Source of the DNA: Camelus ferus
Lineage: Eukaryota
DNA: 64,000 nt
Reading direction: 5' to 3'
Assembly: GCF_009834535.1 (NCBI RefSeq)
Contig: NC_045726.1
Span: forward strand, 4,836,001-4,900,000
The stretch's first letter is position 1, and each line of letters opens with the position of its first letter. The translations under genes were made by a program, and so were the position numbers. Below the pieces are notes generated by a model, which was given only the letters and a program-made list of their open reading frames with translations, had not been told where the DNA came from and searched no databases. Below, piece after piece: positions 13,430 through 26,811 of the stretch.

Positions 13430-14169
13430 TGTTCTAGTCCTGTAAAAAATGCCATTCGTACTTTGATGGGGACTGCATGGAATCTGCAGATTGCCTTGCG
13501 CACCATGGTCATGTTAACAATACTGATTCTTCCAGCCCAAGAACACAGTGTATCTTTCCTTCTGTTTTGTCTTCAATTTCTTCCATCACCGTCTTATAGC
13601 GGAGTACAGGCCTTTTACTTCCTTCGACAGGTTTATTCTTAGCTATTTTATTCTTTTTTGTGTGATGGTAAATGGGATTGTTTCCTTAATTTCTTTTTCT
13701 GATATTTTGTTGTTGGTGTATAGAAATGCAACTGACTTCTGTATATTAATTTTGGCATCCTGCAACTTCACCAAATTCATTGATGAGCTCTAGTGGTTTT
13801 CTGATGGCCTCTAGGGTTTTCTTTGTACAGTATCATGTCATCTGCACACAGTGACACTTACTTCTCTTCCAGTTTAGATTCCTTTTATTTCTTTTCCTTT
13901 TCTGATTGCTGTGGCNNNNNNNNNNNNNNNNNNNNNNNNNNNNNNNNNNNNNNNNNNNNNNNNNNNNNNNNNNNNNNNNNNNNNNNNNNNNNNNNNNNNN
14001 NNNNNNNNNNNNNNNNNNNNNNNNNNNNNNNNNNNNNNNNNNNNNNNNNNNNNNATGTTGTGGTATGTTCCCTCTGTGCCCACTTTCTGGAGAGTTTTAA
14101 TCTTAAGTGGATGTTAAATTTAATCAAAAGCTTTCTCTGCATCTATTGTGATAATCATATGGGTCATAT
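13430..14169 (-). mobile_element. L1 ORF2 (RT region) fragment; inverted arm of a probable 5'-inverted L1
   Basis: Minus strand encodes HMIITIDAEKAFD (L1 RT motif HMIISIDAEKAFD) and ends at MAFFTGLE; contains gap 13916-14054. Confidence 0.9.
13916..14054. other. Assembly gap (139 N)
   Basis: N run inside L1. Confidence 1.
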
Positions 14170-14308
14170 NNNNNNNNNNNNNNNNNNNNNNNNNNNNNNN
14201 NNNNNNNNNNNNNNNNNNNNNNNNNNNNNNNNNNNNNNNNNNNNNNNNNNNNNNNNNNNNNNNNNNNNNNNNNNNNNNNNNNNNNNNNNNNNNNNNNNNN
14301 NNNNNNNN
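14170..14308. other. Assembly gap (139 N)
   Basis: N run at the L1 orientation switch. Confidence 1.
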
Positions 14309-14749
14309 CATTTGCATATTAGATAGACTTGGAGGGTACTATGTTAAGTGAAGTAAGTCAGACAGAGAAAGAGAAGTACTGTATGTTATCACTTATATGT
14401 GGAATCTAAAAAAATACAACAAACTAGTGAATACAACAAGAAAGAAGAAGGCTCACAGGTACAGAGAACAAGCCAGCAGTTACCACTGGTGGGGGGAGGG
14501 GGCAGCAGGGCGAGGGGATTTAGAGTACAAACTACCAGGTGTAAAACCAGCTACAAGGATGCATTGCCCCACACAGGGAATACAGCCACATTCTATGTAA
14601 TAATTCAATAACAACTATAAATGGAGTGTAACCTTTAAAAATTGTGAATCACTATCTTGTACACCCATAACATATAATACCGCACAGGAGCTTTACATCC
14701 ATAAAAAATAATGAAAAATGTAAAAATTAAAATAAATAAATAACATAAA
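14309..14749 (+). mobile_element. L1 ORF2 C-terminus, 3' UTR and A-rich tail (sense arm)
   Basis: ttggagggtactatgttaagtgaagtaagtcagacagagaaaga...tgtggaatctaaaaaa, then A-rich tail; candidate TSD AGCAGAAA at 13422-13429 and 14750-14757. Confidence 0.9.
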
Positions 14750-15526
14750 AGCAGAAACGGCTGCAGGATCCTGTTTAGAACTTAGTTTCTTAATTTGCCA
14801 GAATTTGTCAAAATTCTGTCCAGTGTGAAAGCCCACCTCAACTTGATGTTCCTAACCGTCTTTGAAAGTGCTCAGCTGCTCCAGGAGGGAAGAGGAAGCT
14901 ATTCCATGTTTCCTGGAGACAGGATTGGAAAGTCAGTAACCAAGACTCCTCTCTCCATCACTCAGAAGACACACGGCACCTCTCCTCCATGTTTCTTCGC
15001 TTCCCTCTTTGCCTGCTTCATCCTCTCTCCCTCTTTGGGCTGGCTCACCTCCTCTCCCCACAGCCTGGATCGGCGGCTCCTGCGTCTGCATGTTTCCCAT
15101 GTAGGGCTCTCTGCTCTCTGTTTATACTTTCTTTGTTGGGGGGGAAACTGTCCAGAAGGATACCCACCAAGTGGGTAAAGGTTGTTTCCATAGATGTGCC
15201 GCAGAAGAGACCAAGGTGAGGGTGATGAGTGGAGGTGCCAGTAGTATTATGTGTTTTGTTTTTAATAAGAATGTGCTCCTGTATTCCATGCACATTTAGA
15301 AGCTAATTTCAGAGCGATATAATCTTTCCATTTGTAAAGATGATTATGACGGAAAGACATAAAGCTGTTTTACCCTAAAGACTCAGAGCAGTGAGAAAAG
15401 TCTGGGGTCCCAGTATTTGACTGTGTGGTCAGTGTCTGTCAGAGGCTCATTTAGTGATGCGTGGTGTTTTAGATCTGGAGAAGACCTTAGAAATGACTCA
15501 GTTTTTTGTCCTTTTGTCTATGTGAT

Positions 15527-15588
15527 TCCTTTTTTTTTAACCTGAAGTATAGTTAGTTACAATGTGTTGATTTCTGGTGTGCAGTGTA
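15527..15588 (-). mobile_element. About 60-bp L1 3' tip
   Basis: T run plus gaagtatagttagttacaatgtgttgatttctggtgtgcag; ATGTGAT on both sides (15520-15526, 15589-15595). Confidence 0.7.
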
Positions 15589-16949
15589 ATGTGATCTCAT
15601 TAACTAGGGTAGATGTGTGGTGTGGGTCCTGCCAATCAGAAGACAAGGTAGATCTGGAGCTGGGGAATGAGAGGGGCCATGCTGGGGAGAACTGATCTCC
15701 TGACAAATGTGATGGTGACGTCTTTATCTGCTGGGGATGCCGGGTGGAGGTTTGCGTGGTTGGGTCTTTGTCACAGACACTGGGCAGCAGAGACGGACCA
15801 GGGTTTGGCAGGGCAGGCTGGTGAGGAGCTGGCCACTGACCCTGCCCTGGGGCATGGGAGCCTGGCTGACTGGTGCCACGAGCCACGTGGTTTCACGTGG
15901 TCAGCTTCTCTTCTGTATCAACTAGACAGACTGGGTTCTGTCTTTGAGTTCTTGTACTAAAACCCCCAGGTGATACAGTTACATTTTTTGTTTCTAATTT
16001 ATGCACTTCTACGATACTCTTCTCATTAGAAGAAGCTGTTACACCCCTCCCCCCACCTCATTGTTTCCGTAAGAGTAGGTGTGAAACATCAGTTCATGGA
16101 TGAGATAGCTGAGGGGTCCCAGAGAGCACTTGTTGAAGTAAGTGTTAATTTTTGTAAAATGGGCACATTCAGGGTTTACAGGTAGGATTTTAAAGTTTAT
16201 AGGAAACCATTCAGAGCAGTTTTAGTTTCTCTGCTGGTCACATAATTTATCTCGTTTAAGAGTCTTGGGGCAAAAAACAGAGGCCTGAGATTGAAAACTC
16301 TATTTCTAAAATAAGAACGTAGGAAGCGTTGAAAGAAATTGAGAACCCAATGTGCCTAACTTCATAAACCCTTTTATTTTATAAGCAAAAAAGCAAAAAA
16401 ACCCCCTGAAGCCCCAAGTAATTAATGTTCATCACACAGTTCGGAAAGGTCAGAGCTGAATCCAAGGCCTCCTGGGGCTTCTGTTCCAAGACTCTTCCCC
16501 TTTCCCGTGACACGGCAGCATCACTGGAGGACCACGGGGATTCTCATGGAAGCCGAGGGCGTATTTGGGAGATTCCGGCTCAGACTTCCTGTGTGTGTGC
16601 ACCCTGCCTCCACCCCAGCTCTGGGCAGTCCACCTCTTGGGGGAGGATCTTTCCCTCTCTCTCCCCGCTCCCCTCTCAGGAGGAAGGCAGCAGTGGCAGT
16701 CTGCCTGGTCGCGTGGCAGCGCATTTCTAGGGCATGTGCACCTAAGACGTTGACTGATTCCAAAATCTCCCACACGCTGGCGTCTCTCTGGTTATTATCA
16801 CCCAAACCCATCTCCCAAGTGGGAAAAATCCATTATCACGCATCCTACCCCGTGTTGACCTTCAGCCCAGTGTTTCCTCATTCCTGAAGAAGCAGTGGTG
16901 CTTGATTTCCCAGTTTTCTGCCCGTTTTACAAGAAAATGTCCTTTCTAA

Positions 16950-17650
16950 ATTGACGGATTCATTGGACAAGTCTGTGCTAAGTGGCTGTCGTGAGCCCAG
17001 CAGTGATCCAAGCTAGAGCTGTAAACAGTTTGGGTTTTCTTTGCAAAATTTCTCTCCTTGCGGAGCTCACATTCTATTAGGAAAACAAACGTTATGCCTG
17101 TCAGATAAGTACATGGTTCGGCAAGTTAGACGAGCAAAGTACAGGGGGAAACACTGCACACGGCAGGAGGATGGATGCTGGGGCTTGGGGGTGCTCACAG
17201 CTCCAAACCACGTCAGGGGTCAGCACCAGGAGGAGACGTCTGAGCAAAGACGTGAAGACGGGTGAGGACGTCGAGGACGTGCTGAGGGTTCTCATGGAGG
17301 ACAGTGTGAAGTCGTCGTCTGGTTGCGTGGAGCGCGAGGTGCCTTGGGAAATGCGAGAGGACCGCCGGGCCCTTCTGAGGACTCCATTGAGGCTGATCTG
17401 CGCGTGTAAACGTAACGTCGGGCCGGTCAGCACACTCGTGGGGTGTGGGTGTTTATCCACACCCGGTCACCCGGGGGCAGATGTGCTTGGAGTCGGCAGA
17501 AAGGTAGATGTCACAAGAATTGTGGATACAGTGAAGCGAGAGAGGGTAAAACAAACTGAGAATGGGGTTTTACTGATTGTCCATGACAGTTGCATGGGCC
17601 CAGAGGGAAGAATGGCTTATTGCGGGCGTGAAGACAGAAGATGGAGAAGC
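16950..17650 (-). mobile_element. L2 LINE 3' region, CpG-enriched
   Basis: ccttgcggagctcacattctattaggaaaac and ttggagtcggcagaaaggtagatg resemble the reverse L2 3' consensus. Confidence 0.55.
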
Positions 17651-19989
17651 AACTGATTGTATGTCCTGCTGGAGCCAGGGGCTTCCTGGGGCGTTCTGAG
17701 CTCGCCCGAGGACCACCCGGACAGTGATTGAGCGCTGGGTGTGTTCCGGACACGGTGCAGAGGGCTTCAGGTGGGTCGTCCCTGCTAAGCTTCCCTGTGG
17801 ACGTCTGGGTGGGTGTCATCCTCTATCCAACCTCGTTCTGCAGGGGAGAGAATTGAAAGTGAGGCTGAGTTGGGGCCTGGCGCTCTCTGACTCTCCGGAT
17901 CAGCCACGTTAACGTGAGGTGACGTATGTGAAGCCTGTAAACTGCTCGCTGGACAGAGCTGTTGTTCAGAGAACTGGGGACTTGGACGTACACAACATGT
18001 AGTTTCACTACTGGCCAAAGGCAGCAGTGATGGCGGGTCTGTATCCTCAGGCGGAAAGCTGGACGTAGCCTACGAGTTCAGGGCAGTGTTTCTTTTCCCT
18101 GCTTAGTAATCTGATTTTCATACACATTCCAAGAAGTGTGGTGCGAATATAAGAAAAATCGAGTTGTTAGGATGGTGTGTTTTAATTGCTGGTCACATTG
18201 TTTTTCTTTAAAAGACAATAGATTTTGATCTCTCATTTCATGGGCTTTAAAACAGAAATCAGCTTGTAACTAAAATTTCAGGATACTGACGTTCAAGCTC
18301 AGAAGTAAGAAAGCAGGACGTATTTTCCATGTAAATGGAAAATGGTAGAATGTGTATTTATTAGTGTGAACAGGAAGCCTAATATAGGAATCGAAAGCCA
18401 ACGTGAATTAAGCAGTTTCTCTAGAGAAGACTCTGAAAGGAGGAAATTAAAACTCATCAAATAGGTTCATAAAATTAAACTTTAAGCTGACGAAGGGCTG
18501 CCTCCACCTCAGATGTCCTTTCCAACTTCTTCTGCAGTCTGTCTGTTCCGCTGAAGAAGAATGACTCGGCCCACGTGTGCTGTGCTCCTCGCCAAGAAGT
18601 CACTAAGGCGACTTCACGAAGGTGAATCATTTATGTGTTGCCCATGGGCTGGAAAGCCCCTGGGCCCCAGTGTCCCGTTGTCACAGCCGTGGGTGTGAGG
18701 ACCAGCGCCGCCCTTCCCTGCTAGCTGTTTTACAGGTATTTCCTCCCATCCGTCTCCCCACTTTGAGTCAGTGGACACGACGCAGTGTCCACTGGTCTGA
18801 GTAACCTCTCTTAATGACCTGTGTAACTGGCAGCTTGGAAAAGGAGCTTTAGAAAGAACTAGAGGTTGCAGCCAAAGTAACCTCAATCCATGAGCATTTG
18901 AACGGTGACAGTGGACAAGTGAGAGAGGTTCGTTCTGTGACCACGCTTGCCGAGACGAATCCAGGCGAGAAAGCAGGGGCGTCATCGCAGCGTCCAGTCC
19001 GTCCCCGCAGTAATGAAGCCTGTCTGTTACGCTTTGTTGCTCAGCGTTTCTTCCAGCCGAGGCTGTCCCTTGGAATTGATGCCGGAACTTTGCTGGGGAG
19101 TCAGTTCCAGGCTAATGCACCTCACAGCCTTTTCTCAGACTCACTGCGTCCCACCTAGGTTGGGAAAGACAACAACTTTGTTTATGCTTTCTTTTATCTC
19201 AATGAGTCTGTCCATGATCTCTACGCCTCTCTAGAGAAGATCTGATTTGAAGTTATTTAAGGCCATTCTCTCTGTGGAGAGAGGTGACCTGTTAATCTGT
19301 GAAGCTTTTTTACCCTGAGGACTTTGAAAGCCACGTAAGCGCTGACGTCCTTACTCATGTGCTCTCTGTATCCTGTCCCTCTTTTCATTTCTTTGCCCCA
19401 GAGTTGCTTTGTCTGGCTTCCAAGCTTCACCAAACAGCAAATAGGAACCTCGGTGGAAAAATGGGCAGACGATATGAACAAGCCATTTTCAGGAGAGGAA
19501 CCTTAAAAACTCGTTAGTAATTTGAGAAATGCAGTTTATGTGTACATGTGAGTATGAAATATCAGCGACATTTTATTAGACAGCCCAGGTGATGGGAGGG
19601 ACGTGCCGACGGAGGGTTTTTATCCCGTGCTCCTGGGAGTGGAGGAAGCTCCGCCCGTCCTGGCGAGTCGTCTAGCACGACCTAATCAAAGCGATGCTCT
19701 GTGTCCTCCAAGACGCAGAGCGTCCCTCCGGGACACACTCCCTGGGAAATTATTTTACAGGATCATCAAAGAGCCTGCAAGAAGGTGTTCCTCAGAGCGC
19801 ATTTGTGGTGACAGAGCTGAAGGCAGCGGGAATGTCCATCAGGGGCAGGATGGCTGGGTTAAATCTGGTGGACTCCTAGCACGGAGTAAGCACTCTGCAG
19901 CAGTTACGTGACGGGGACACTGTGCTGCACACCAGAAATGGACACACTGTAACTGGCTGTAGTTCACTTAAAAGAAAAGTTAAAAAAAA

Positions 19990-20230
19990 AAAAAAGAAAC
20001 AGCCAACTGGATAAACCTCTAGCAACATGAATGGATCCTAAACCGAACTGTTGAATGTAAAAAAAAAAAAAAGTAAGTGTGAATAGAGAACAACATTTAA
20101 ATAAATTGAATCTACTTGTATAAAATAAAATTATATGCTTTGCAGAAATACAGAACAAATATACATGCATGTATGTGTGGGTATGTATGTACATACATAT
20201 ATATAAATATAATAATATGCATGTAATCTC
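19990..20230 (+). mobile_element. Ancient L1 (L1ME-like) 3' fragment with AT simple repeat
   Basis: gcaacatgaatggatcctaaaccgaactgttgaatg resembles L1ME caacatggatgaatctc...atgttgagtg. Confidence 0.35.
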
Positions 20231-20841
20231 ATCCTCTGTTCTTAAGGCCGAAGGAAGGAGAGCTGTCCTTGAACAGGGCTGGGCGCTGCGGCCTTCTGAG
20301 GTCTTGGGGGGGGGCGGGGCGGGCTTGTCTCGAGAGGTCTTCCGTACCCCCGGACACTCCCTTTAAGCCCTTTCTAAGGTTGTGGGGTCTCAAAGCCACA
20401 TCTTGGGCCATAGGAGCCTGATCTCGAGTCCAGTCCCCACTCCCACACCTGCTGACACCCGTCCCTTCCCCTGCTCCACTCTACTTCCCCTCCACTCTCT
20501 GTCCCTCCATCCTGCCTTCGTCCCCCCAGCTCTGCTGAGACATTATCAATGTATAACGTGTGTAAGTTCAAGCCTGCCCTCATTTTCAGTCTCGCCCCTC
20601 GTATTCACCTTACTTGCGTTCCCCCCCAGTCCCTGTCACTACCCCGGATTCCTCCTTCAGCTCCTGCCGGAATCTTCCCTGCCTTCCTCCCAACAACAGG
20701 GGCTGGACCTACCCAGGGCCCCTAGTTTGGAGTCTCTCGTCCGGGATGGCCAACAAGTACTTCCGTGAATTTCTGGGAGAATAATCAGGCTTTAAAATAT
20801 CGATGCACCTGTCAGGTTTGGGCTGGATCTGTTTACCTCAG

Positions 20842-21290
20842 TGTAGTGGACTGAATAGTACCCCCCGCTCCCACCCCGCCACATGCCTGCAGACTGGAAC
20901 TCAGAATGTGATCTGATTTGGATCTTGTTTGGAAGTAGGGTCTTTGCAGGTATAATTAAGATTGGGATAAAAATGAGGTTATACTGGCTTGCAGTGGATC
21001 CTAAATTTAATGAGGGTCCTTGTAAGAGACAGAAAAGGGCACACAGACACACACAGGCAAGGAGACCTGCGGAGACGGAGGCAACGAATGGGTCACATTG
21101 TCCCAACTCAGGGGACACCTGGGGTCTCTGTAAACTGGAAGAGTCAGGAAGCATTCTGCCTTAGGGCCTTCAGAGGAAGAGTGGCTTTTTATTTTGGGCA
21201 TCTGGCCTCCAGATTGTGAGAGAATAAAATTTTGTTATTTTAAGCCACCGGGTTTGTGTTATTTTGTTGCGTTATAACTAGGAAATCACT
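20842..21290 (+). mobile_element. ERVL-MaLR solo LTR (MLT1B/C-like)
   Basis: Starts tgtagtggactgaat; has ggaagtagggtctttgcag, gaggttatactgg, tggcctccagattgtgagagaataaaattttgttattttaagccacc. Confidence 0.85.
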
Positions 21291-21479
21291 CGGTGGAAAT
21301 CACGTGGATCATTATTTGATGATCAGCAGGTCTCAGATTGGTTTATGTATCTATCACTCATTTATACAAGTGAGAAGACATTGCCTGTCCTGTTGTTTTC
21401 CTAGATGGTGCCTGGAAATCTGCCTTCCGCTAGGACTGAAGCACGGTGCCTCACAGTCGGTAGGAGGCCAGAGCCAGGA

Positions 21480-21685
21480 GGCGTCCTGCGTGGGTTCAGG
21501 TTACAGCCGTGCTCGCTCCAGGTGGTGTAACTTTAGAAAAGTCACTTTGACCTGGGTCTCACTGTTCTCACCTATAATGGATCTAACAGGACCTACCTCA
21601 TAGGGATGTTGGAAAGATTGAAACTGGTTAAAATATTTTAAACATTTGGAATGTGCCTAGCATATAGTAATAAATGTTTGCTAAT
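21480..21685 (+). mobile_element. MIR SINE
   Basis: gtaactttagaaaagtcactt...cacctataatgg...acctacctcataggg...gtgcctagcatatagtaataaatgtttgcta. Confidence 0.75.
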
Positions 21686-22903
21686 ATTATTTCATGAAGA
21701 CACCTGTCTCCAGCCCTCCATTTCCTTTTTCTCAGCTCTGTATATAAATTGGGTAACAGCTTACACCCAGCTGTTGGGTACAGTGTGCAGGTGATGTGGC
21801 CTGTGGGCAGGGACCATTCTGCCCCAGGTAATTAATTTCAATGTGATATGCAAAATATAGACTAAAAAATGCACAATTTAATTCAGCCTGTAAGATGAAA
21901 TATCTTTATTTAGCCTGGAATAACATTTGCAGGACCCAACTGTTTGTAATTTAAGCAGCACTGTTACATTTTTTTAGGATTTTCTGGGACTGTTGATGAC
22001 GTTCGTTGAATAAAATTTTTTTCGATTTCTTTTGCATTTCATTCACGGTGCTGTAAGACTGATTTTGGAAAAGCTACATTTCCGAGGGAGAGGAGAAGAA
22101 AATTCTCTCCTCCAGATCATGGAAGTCTGCTCTGTGGTATATATTCCCAGATGTGACCAACATGCTCGTTGGTTCTTTCATTTTTGTTTTAACTGGTGAA
22201 TTCATTGTTGTTCCTGACTGGCGTCATTAATGCCCAAAGTTCAGTCTCACCAGGTCATGCTCACTTTGTGAGCTTTTTAATCCTGTTTCTCCTTTCCTTC
22301 TGTCTAGTTCTAATTGACTTCTCCTGCACAATTAAACTCCTGTGAGATCTTGACTATCCAGAAGCCATAGTGGACAGTGAGGCTGGGGAGCCTGAACTTC
22401 AGCTGCCCCTGTGCTGGAAACTCCACAGCACAGTTAACCGTCTGCTGAGTGCCAGCTGTGCTTTAGTGCATTGTTATGTCCTTTATATGTTTTATTGATT
22501 ATTGTGGTGGTATTTTCTTTGTCAATTTGATGGGCCCACAGCGTATGCAGATAATCAGTCAAGTATTATTCTGGGTGTGTCTGTGAGACAGTTTCTGGAT
22601 GAAGGAATGTCTGAATTGGAGGACAGGATAAAGCAGATAGTCTTCCCCCATGGGGGTGGGCCTCATCTAATCAGTTGAAGACCCAGATTGAACAAAAAGG
22701 CTGAGTAAGAGGAACTTCACTTGACCGCTAAGCTGGAGCATGGGTTTTCCCTTGCCGTTGAACTTGGACTGAACTTTACACCATTGCCTCTCCTGGTTTT
22801 CAGGTGTTTGAACTCAGACTGAGACAGTACCACTGGCTCTCTTGGGTGTCCATCTGGCCAGCTGAGGATCTTAGGACTTCTCAGCTGCATAATGGTGTGA
22901 GCC

Positions 22904-23050
22904 NNNNNNNNNNNNNNNNNNNNNNNNNNNNNNNNNNNNNNNNNNNNNNNNNNNNNNNNNNNNNNNNNNNNNNNNNNNNNNNNNNNNNNNNNNNNNNNNN
23001 NNNNNNNNNNNNNNNNNNNNNNNNNNNNNNNNNNNNNNNNNNNNNNNNNN
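22904..23050. other. Assembly gap (147 N)
   Basis: N run inside MLT2/Tigger. Confidence 1.
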
Positions 23051-23188
23051 AAATACTACTCTACTACATGGTGTGTGATGGGTTGAATCCATGGATATGA
23101 AGGGCAGACTGTGGGGCTTCAGCACCGTGCATTCTGTATCCCTGGGGGCTGCTGAAACCAATCCCTGAGGTTCCCAAGGGATGGCTAT
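23051..23188. mobile_element. TcMar-Tigger MITE end (Tigger4/Zombi-like) nested in MLT2
   Basis: ggttgaatccatggatatgaagggcagactg...gtatccctgggggctgctgaaaccaatccc...gggatggct resembles the Tigger4-type terminus. Confidence 0.6.
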
Positions 23189-26100
23189 GTGTATCTCCTA
23201 TTGGCTCTGTCTTCCGGAGAATCCTTACTAATACAGTAGTGCAGTGTTTTGCAAGTTTATTATAATCTCTTTTAGAAAATTGAGGCTTCTTCAGAAAAGA
23301 TATAATCCTAGATTCACTCCACAAATAGATCTGTCTGGAATTTCAACACAGTTTTGTATGATTCCACATCTCACCCTGTATCCAACTTGTGACAGTTGAC
23401 TTCAGATCTGCTACTCAAAAGACGTGAGGGGAACCTGAGACCGGTACTGAACTTCCTCCAGGACATAGCTCGGAGATATTTCCTGTTGAGGACTGATTGC
23501 CTTGGGGAAGTCACACACCTCCCTCTGCGCACACAGCGCAGCGCCTCCACCCCTCCTGAGTTTCTGCTCCTTTCATTCTCCACAGGGGGACTCCAGTTCA
23601 CGAACAAAATCAGTTCATCATATATTGGATTTTATTCAGGTGGTGTATTTCCGTCCCCAGAAATAGTTATGAGCTAGCACTATTTATTATTCTTAAACAA
23701 TTCCATGGAACGCTCACTGACTCTCCAGGATGCAAATTCTTAAACATTCACACTTAAATGTGAACAATTCTAGCAGAGCCTTATACAGAAAAAGTTACTC
23801 AAAAATACCTTCTTCCAGCTGACTGTCAGGGTGTACAAAACACCTGTGAGTCTATATACTGTTTCCAGATCGATCCATCCTTTCTCTGCTTCTGTTCTTA
23901 GAATCCCGACTCGGCGGGCTGTGGCGTGATGGACCGCTCTGGTTTCTGTTTGTTAATGGAATGTGTGTTTTGCTCACTGGGGAGGCATTATCACTACCTT
24001 TTTCCTTTCTGTTTTGTCATCCCGATTTAGCGTCTTAAATAGTTTCCGTGCCCTTACATATTGGGTCTCTGTTATTCAGTTTTCATTTCTAAGGACTAGA
24101 TTTGAACTCTGCCTTGAAATAATCTTGCGTTTGTGCTGGACTCCCTTCTGCAAAGTGTGTCTTACCTGTTTGGGGCTAGTTTCCAGGACAGCTGTTTGAG
24201 CAACTCTTTGGCTAGGTTTTATTGCCTCCTGGCCTTAATTCGTTTTCCTATAAACGCTCTCCAATTATGTTTAAAAGGGATCAAGGATGTTTTCGAACTA
24301 AGGAAACCTTTTTAGGAACCCTGCCACTGACTATTATACATGGCATCTTTTTCATCTTTAAAGGTAGGAATAAACCACAAAGTCACCTTCACACGCCTCT
24401 TGTCCGCCCAGTCTCGCTGCAAAAGCCGTTTCCACTCCGGTCGCTCTGGGAGGCTCTTGTTCTCTTCAGCTACTGCTTTTCCCTCCATTTTTTTTTTTTT
24501 TTGTTATTTATTTATTTGTGGCATGCTCTGCTGCTGAGTCCTGATCCACCTTAGGGGTGTTTTCTCAGGCCACCTGCTTTCTCAGCTCACTCCCTCAGCC
24601 CCTCGCGAGCTATCAGGGCACGACAAAGGGAAGCCACTTAATAGTTTTGCTGCCTAATCCGGACACCTTATTTTTCAGAGGAGTTTCTCACGAATGCTCC
24701 GACTTCTTGTCAGATCTGAGGGAAAGAGGATTGCAGAGAGCAGCTCGTAAGTGCTCGCCAATTAAATCCGGGCTCCTTCCTGTAGTGTTTCCGAGCTCCC
24801 TTTGAAGAAGGATTTCTCTGTGTCTCGGATGTGTTAAATGTCACTTTTTTATATTGCCATGTGTTGCACAAAAGGTTTGTGGCCTCTGAATAATTTCTTT
24901 GAGATGGATTTTCATAGCATATAGGACTTCAGTTCTGAATGTGCCAGTCTTTTCTCCTGTACAAGAAAGAGGGCAGAAAGGGCGTCCCACTTTCTGAAAG
25001 GAAAGCTGGGGTGTAACATACACCATAGTTTAACAGCCGCTCAAAGCTTATAGAAAATACTAAAAAAAAAACCAAAAAAAACCTCATGTAACATTTGGGC
25101 AAAGAGCCTCAGTAAAGGAATAGGAAAGGAGTAACTAACCACACTGAACTAACCTACTTCCTAAAACTGTTTCAGGCTCCTGACCATAGAACATGCCATG
25201 TAATGTGCATGTAACACACTGCATAGCTGCCTGTCCTGGGGCAGGTTTTCAAGGAACTTAATCACATATTGAGCTGATGGAATTTTTTTTTTTTTTGATA
25301 TGTGAAAGAGGAGCTTCAAAAATTTAAATTGTGGCAAAGTGTAACCCGTGCATACTGACAAGGCCTTGTTTTGAGTAACGTAATGCATTTCTGTAGGTGA
25401 AAGGCTCTGGGGGTGGGTGGTGTTATGACTAACGCTGGTTCCTCATTTAACGTAACACATTTCCATGAAGTACACTGGTGGGAGACAGGGTTGCAGAAAC
25501 ACAAATAAACTTTTAAGTTGCCAGTGACTTGATTGAACACCCTCTTCTGTGGTTTGCACACACTGATCGTATCGTTTAGAATTAAGTTCCCTACTCCTGT
25601 CGGTATAGCCCTAGACCCCCAAGACCCCTCTGCTTTGTTGAAAAGTGCAGGCACGTCTGACACCACCAGTCTGGCACTTAAATGTGCCAAATGCAGACGC
25701 CACACTCATTCTTCAAATAATACATACAGAGTGACATTCAGGGGACTGTCTACCTCGTGTCCCCGTCATTGCTGTCAGTGTGTCGCCTGATCAGAGGTTC
25801 CAGAGCTGAGGGTGGAGTTACTACACCAGACCACTGGATTTGTTCTGATTAATTTTCATTTTAAAAAAGGAAGAGATGGATGATCCTGTCTTGGATGTTT
25901 GTGGTTCCTAGACAGCACAGTAGATAATTTATTATTTGCTTTGATTACATTCAGTGAATCTGTAGAAAACTGGAATTCACTCCACATGTGGCTTAAAAGA
26001 AAAAAGAAAGAAAAGATTTAATGGGTCCAGTCTAGGTAGCTTTTACTGGATGTTGGCTCAGTCTGTTGTGAGCCCTGTTTTATTATAAATCCGTGAACTT

Positions 26101-26811
26101 GCTCTGTTAGAAACTTTGTTAAAGACACCCACTCTTGGCAGCCCTTCTGAGCCCCGAATTGCATGGCTCCCCTGCCCACACAGAGCTCACACCTTGTGCT
26201 GAACCAAACTGGAAATTTCCAGTGTCTCTTTCTTACAATATTGATGAGAAGATGCATTCATGATCTTTTTCCTCCTGTTTCGTTTCAACGCATTCCTGTT
26301 GTTACTTCCTTTTCATTTCATTGTGAGCACTGCGGAGTCTAAGAGCCACGTGCACTTAATTATTGTCCCCAGGGGGTCTGAGAAGATGTGGGAGTTGTAT
26401 CTTGTCTGCTTGTTCCAGGACAAGAAACCTCCTTGCCAGTAACTCCTCAGCCAGGAACACAGACCAGACTGAAAATTTGTCTGGACCGCTGGGCGGTATG
26501 TGTGTCACCTGCATTCTGTTAAAACCTGTTTGATGAGAATAAATATACAGAGTTTCAAGTCCTCCTGTTGTTTCAGAGACAACTGTGAATAGTGAAAAGA
26601 CAACAGGGAAACTCAGGCAGTTGGGCCAAAACCTCTTACCAAACTGAAGCTTGAGCGATCTGCAGTCTCAGAGAAGGGGCCCTGATTGTGGTGCGAAGTT
26701 TTCAGCCTCGCTCAGGAAGCTCACAGTTACACAGACAGACAGTCACAACAGGGACAGTCACAGCCGTAGTCAAGTACCGAGGGCAGCCGGCACTTGCCCG
26801 TGACGCCGGCA

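Larger units (their letters stand above)
22503..23235 (+). mobile_element. ERVL LTR (MLT2-like), interrupted by a gap and a DNA transposon
   Basis: 5' tgtggtgg...gtcaatttgatggg; ctgggtgtgtctgtgag; gggcctcatctaatcagttgaag; 3' cctattggctctgtcttccggagaatccttactaataca. Confidence 0.85.

Noticed and set aside
13823-14351. ORFs spanning X runs (also 22804-23161, 37883-38239, 58975-59175)
   Set aside because: Artefacts of translating N gaps; the real residues are L1 or LTR sequence.
17171-17656. 161-aa plus-strand ORF, the longest gap-free one
   Set aside because: It lies antisense within a GC-shifted L2, where stop codons are depleted by composition; no homology recognised.
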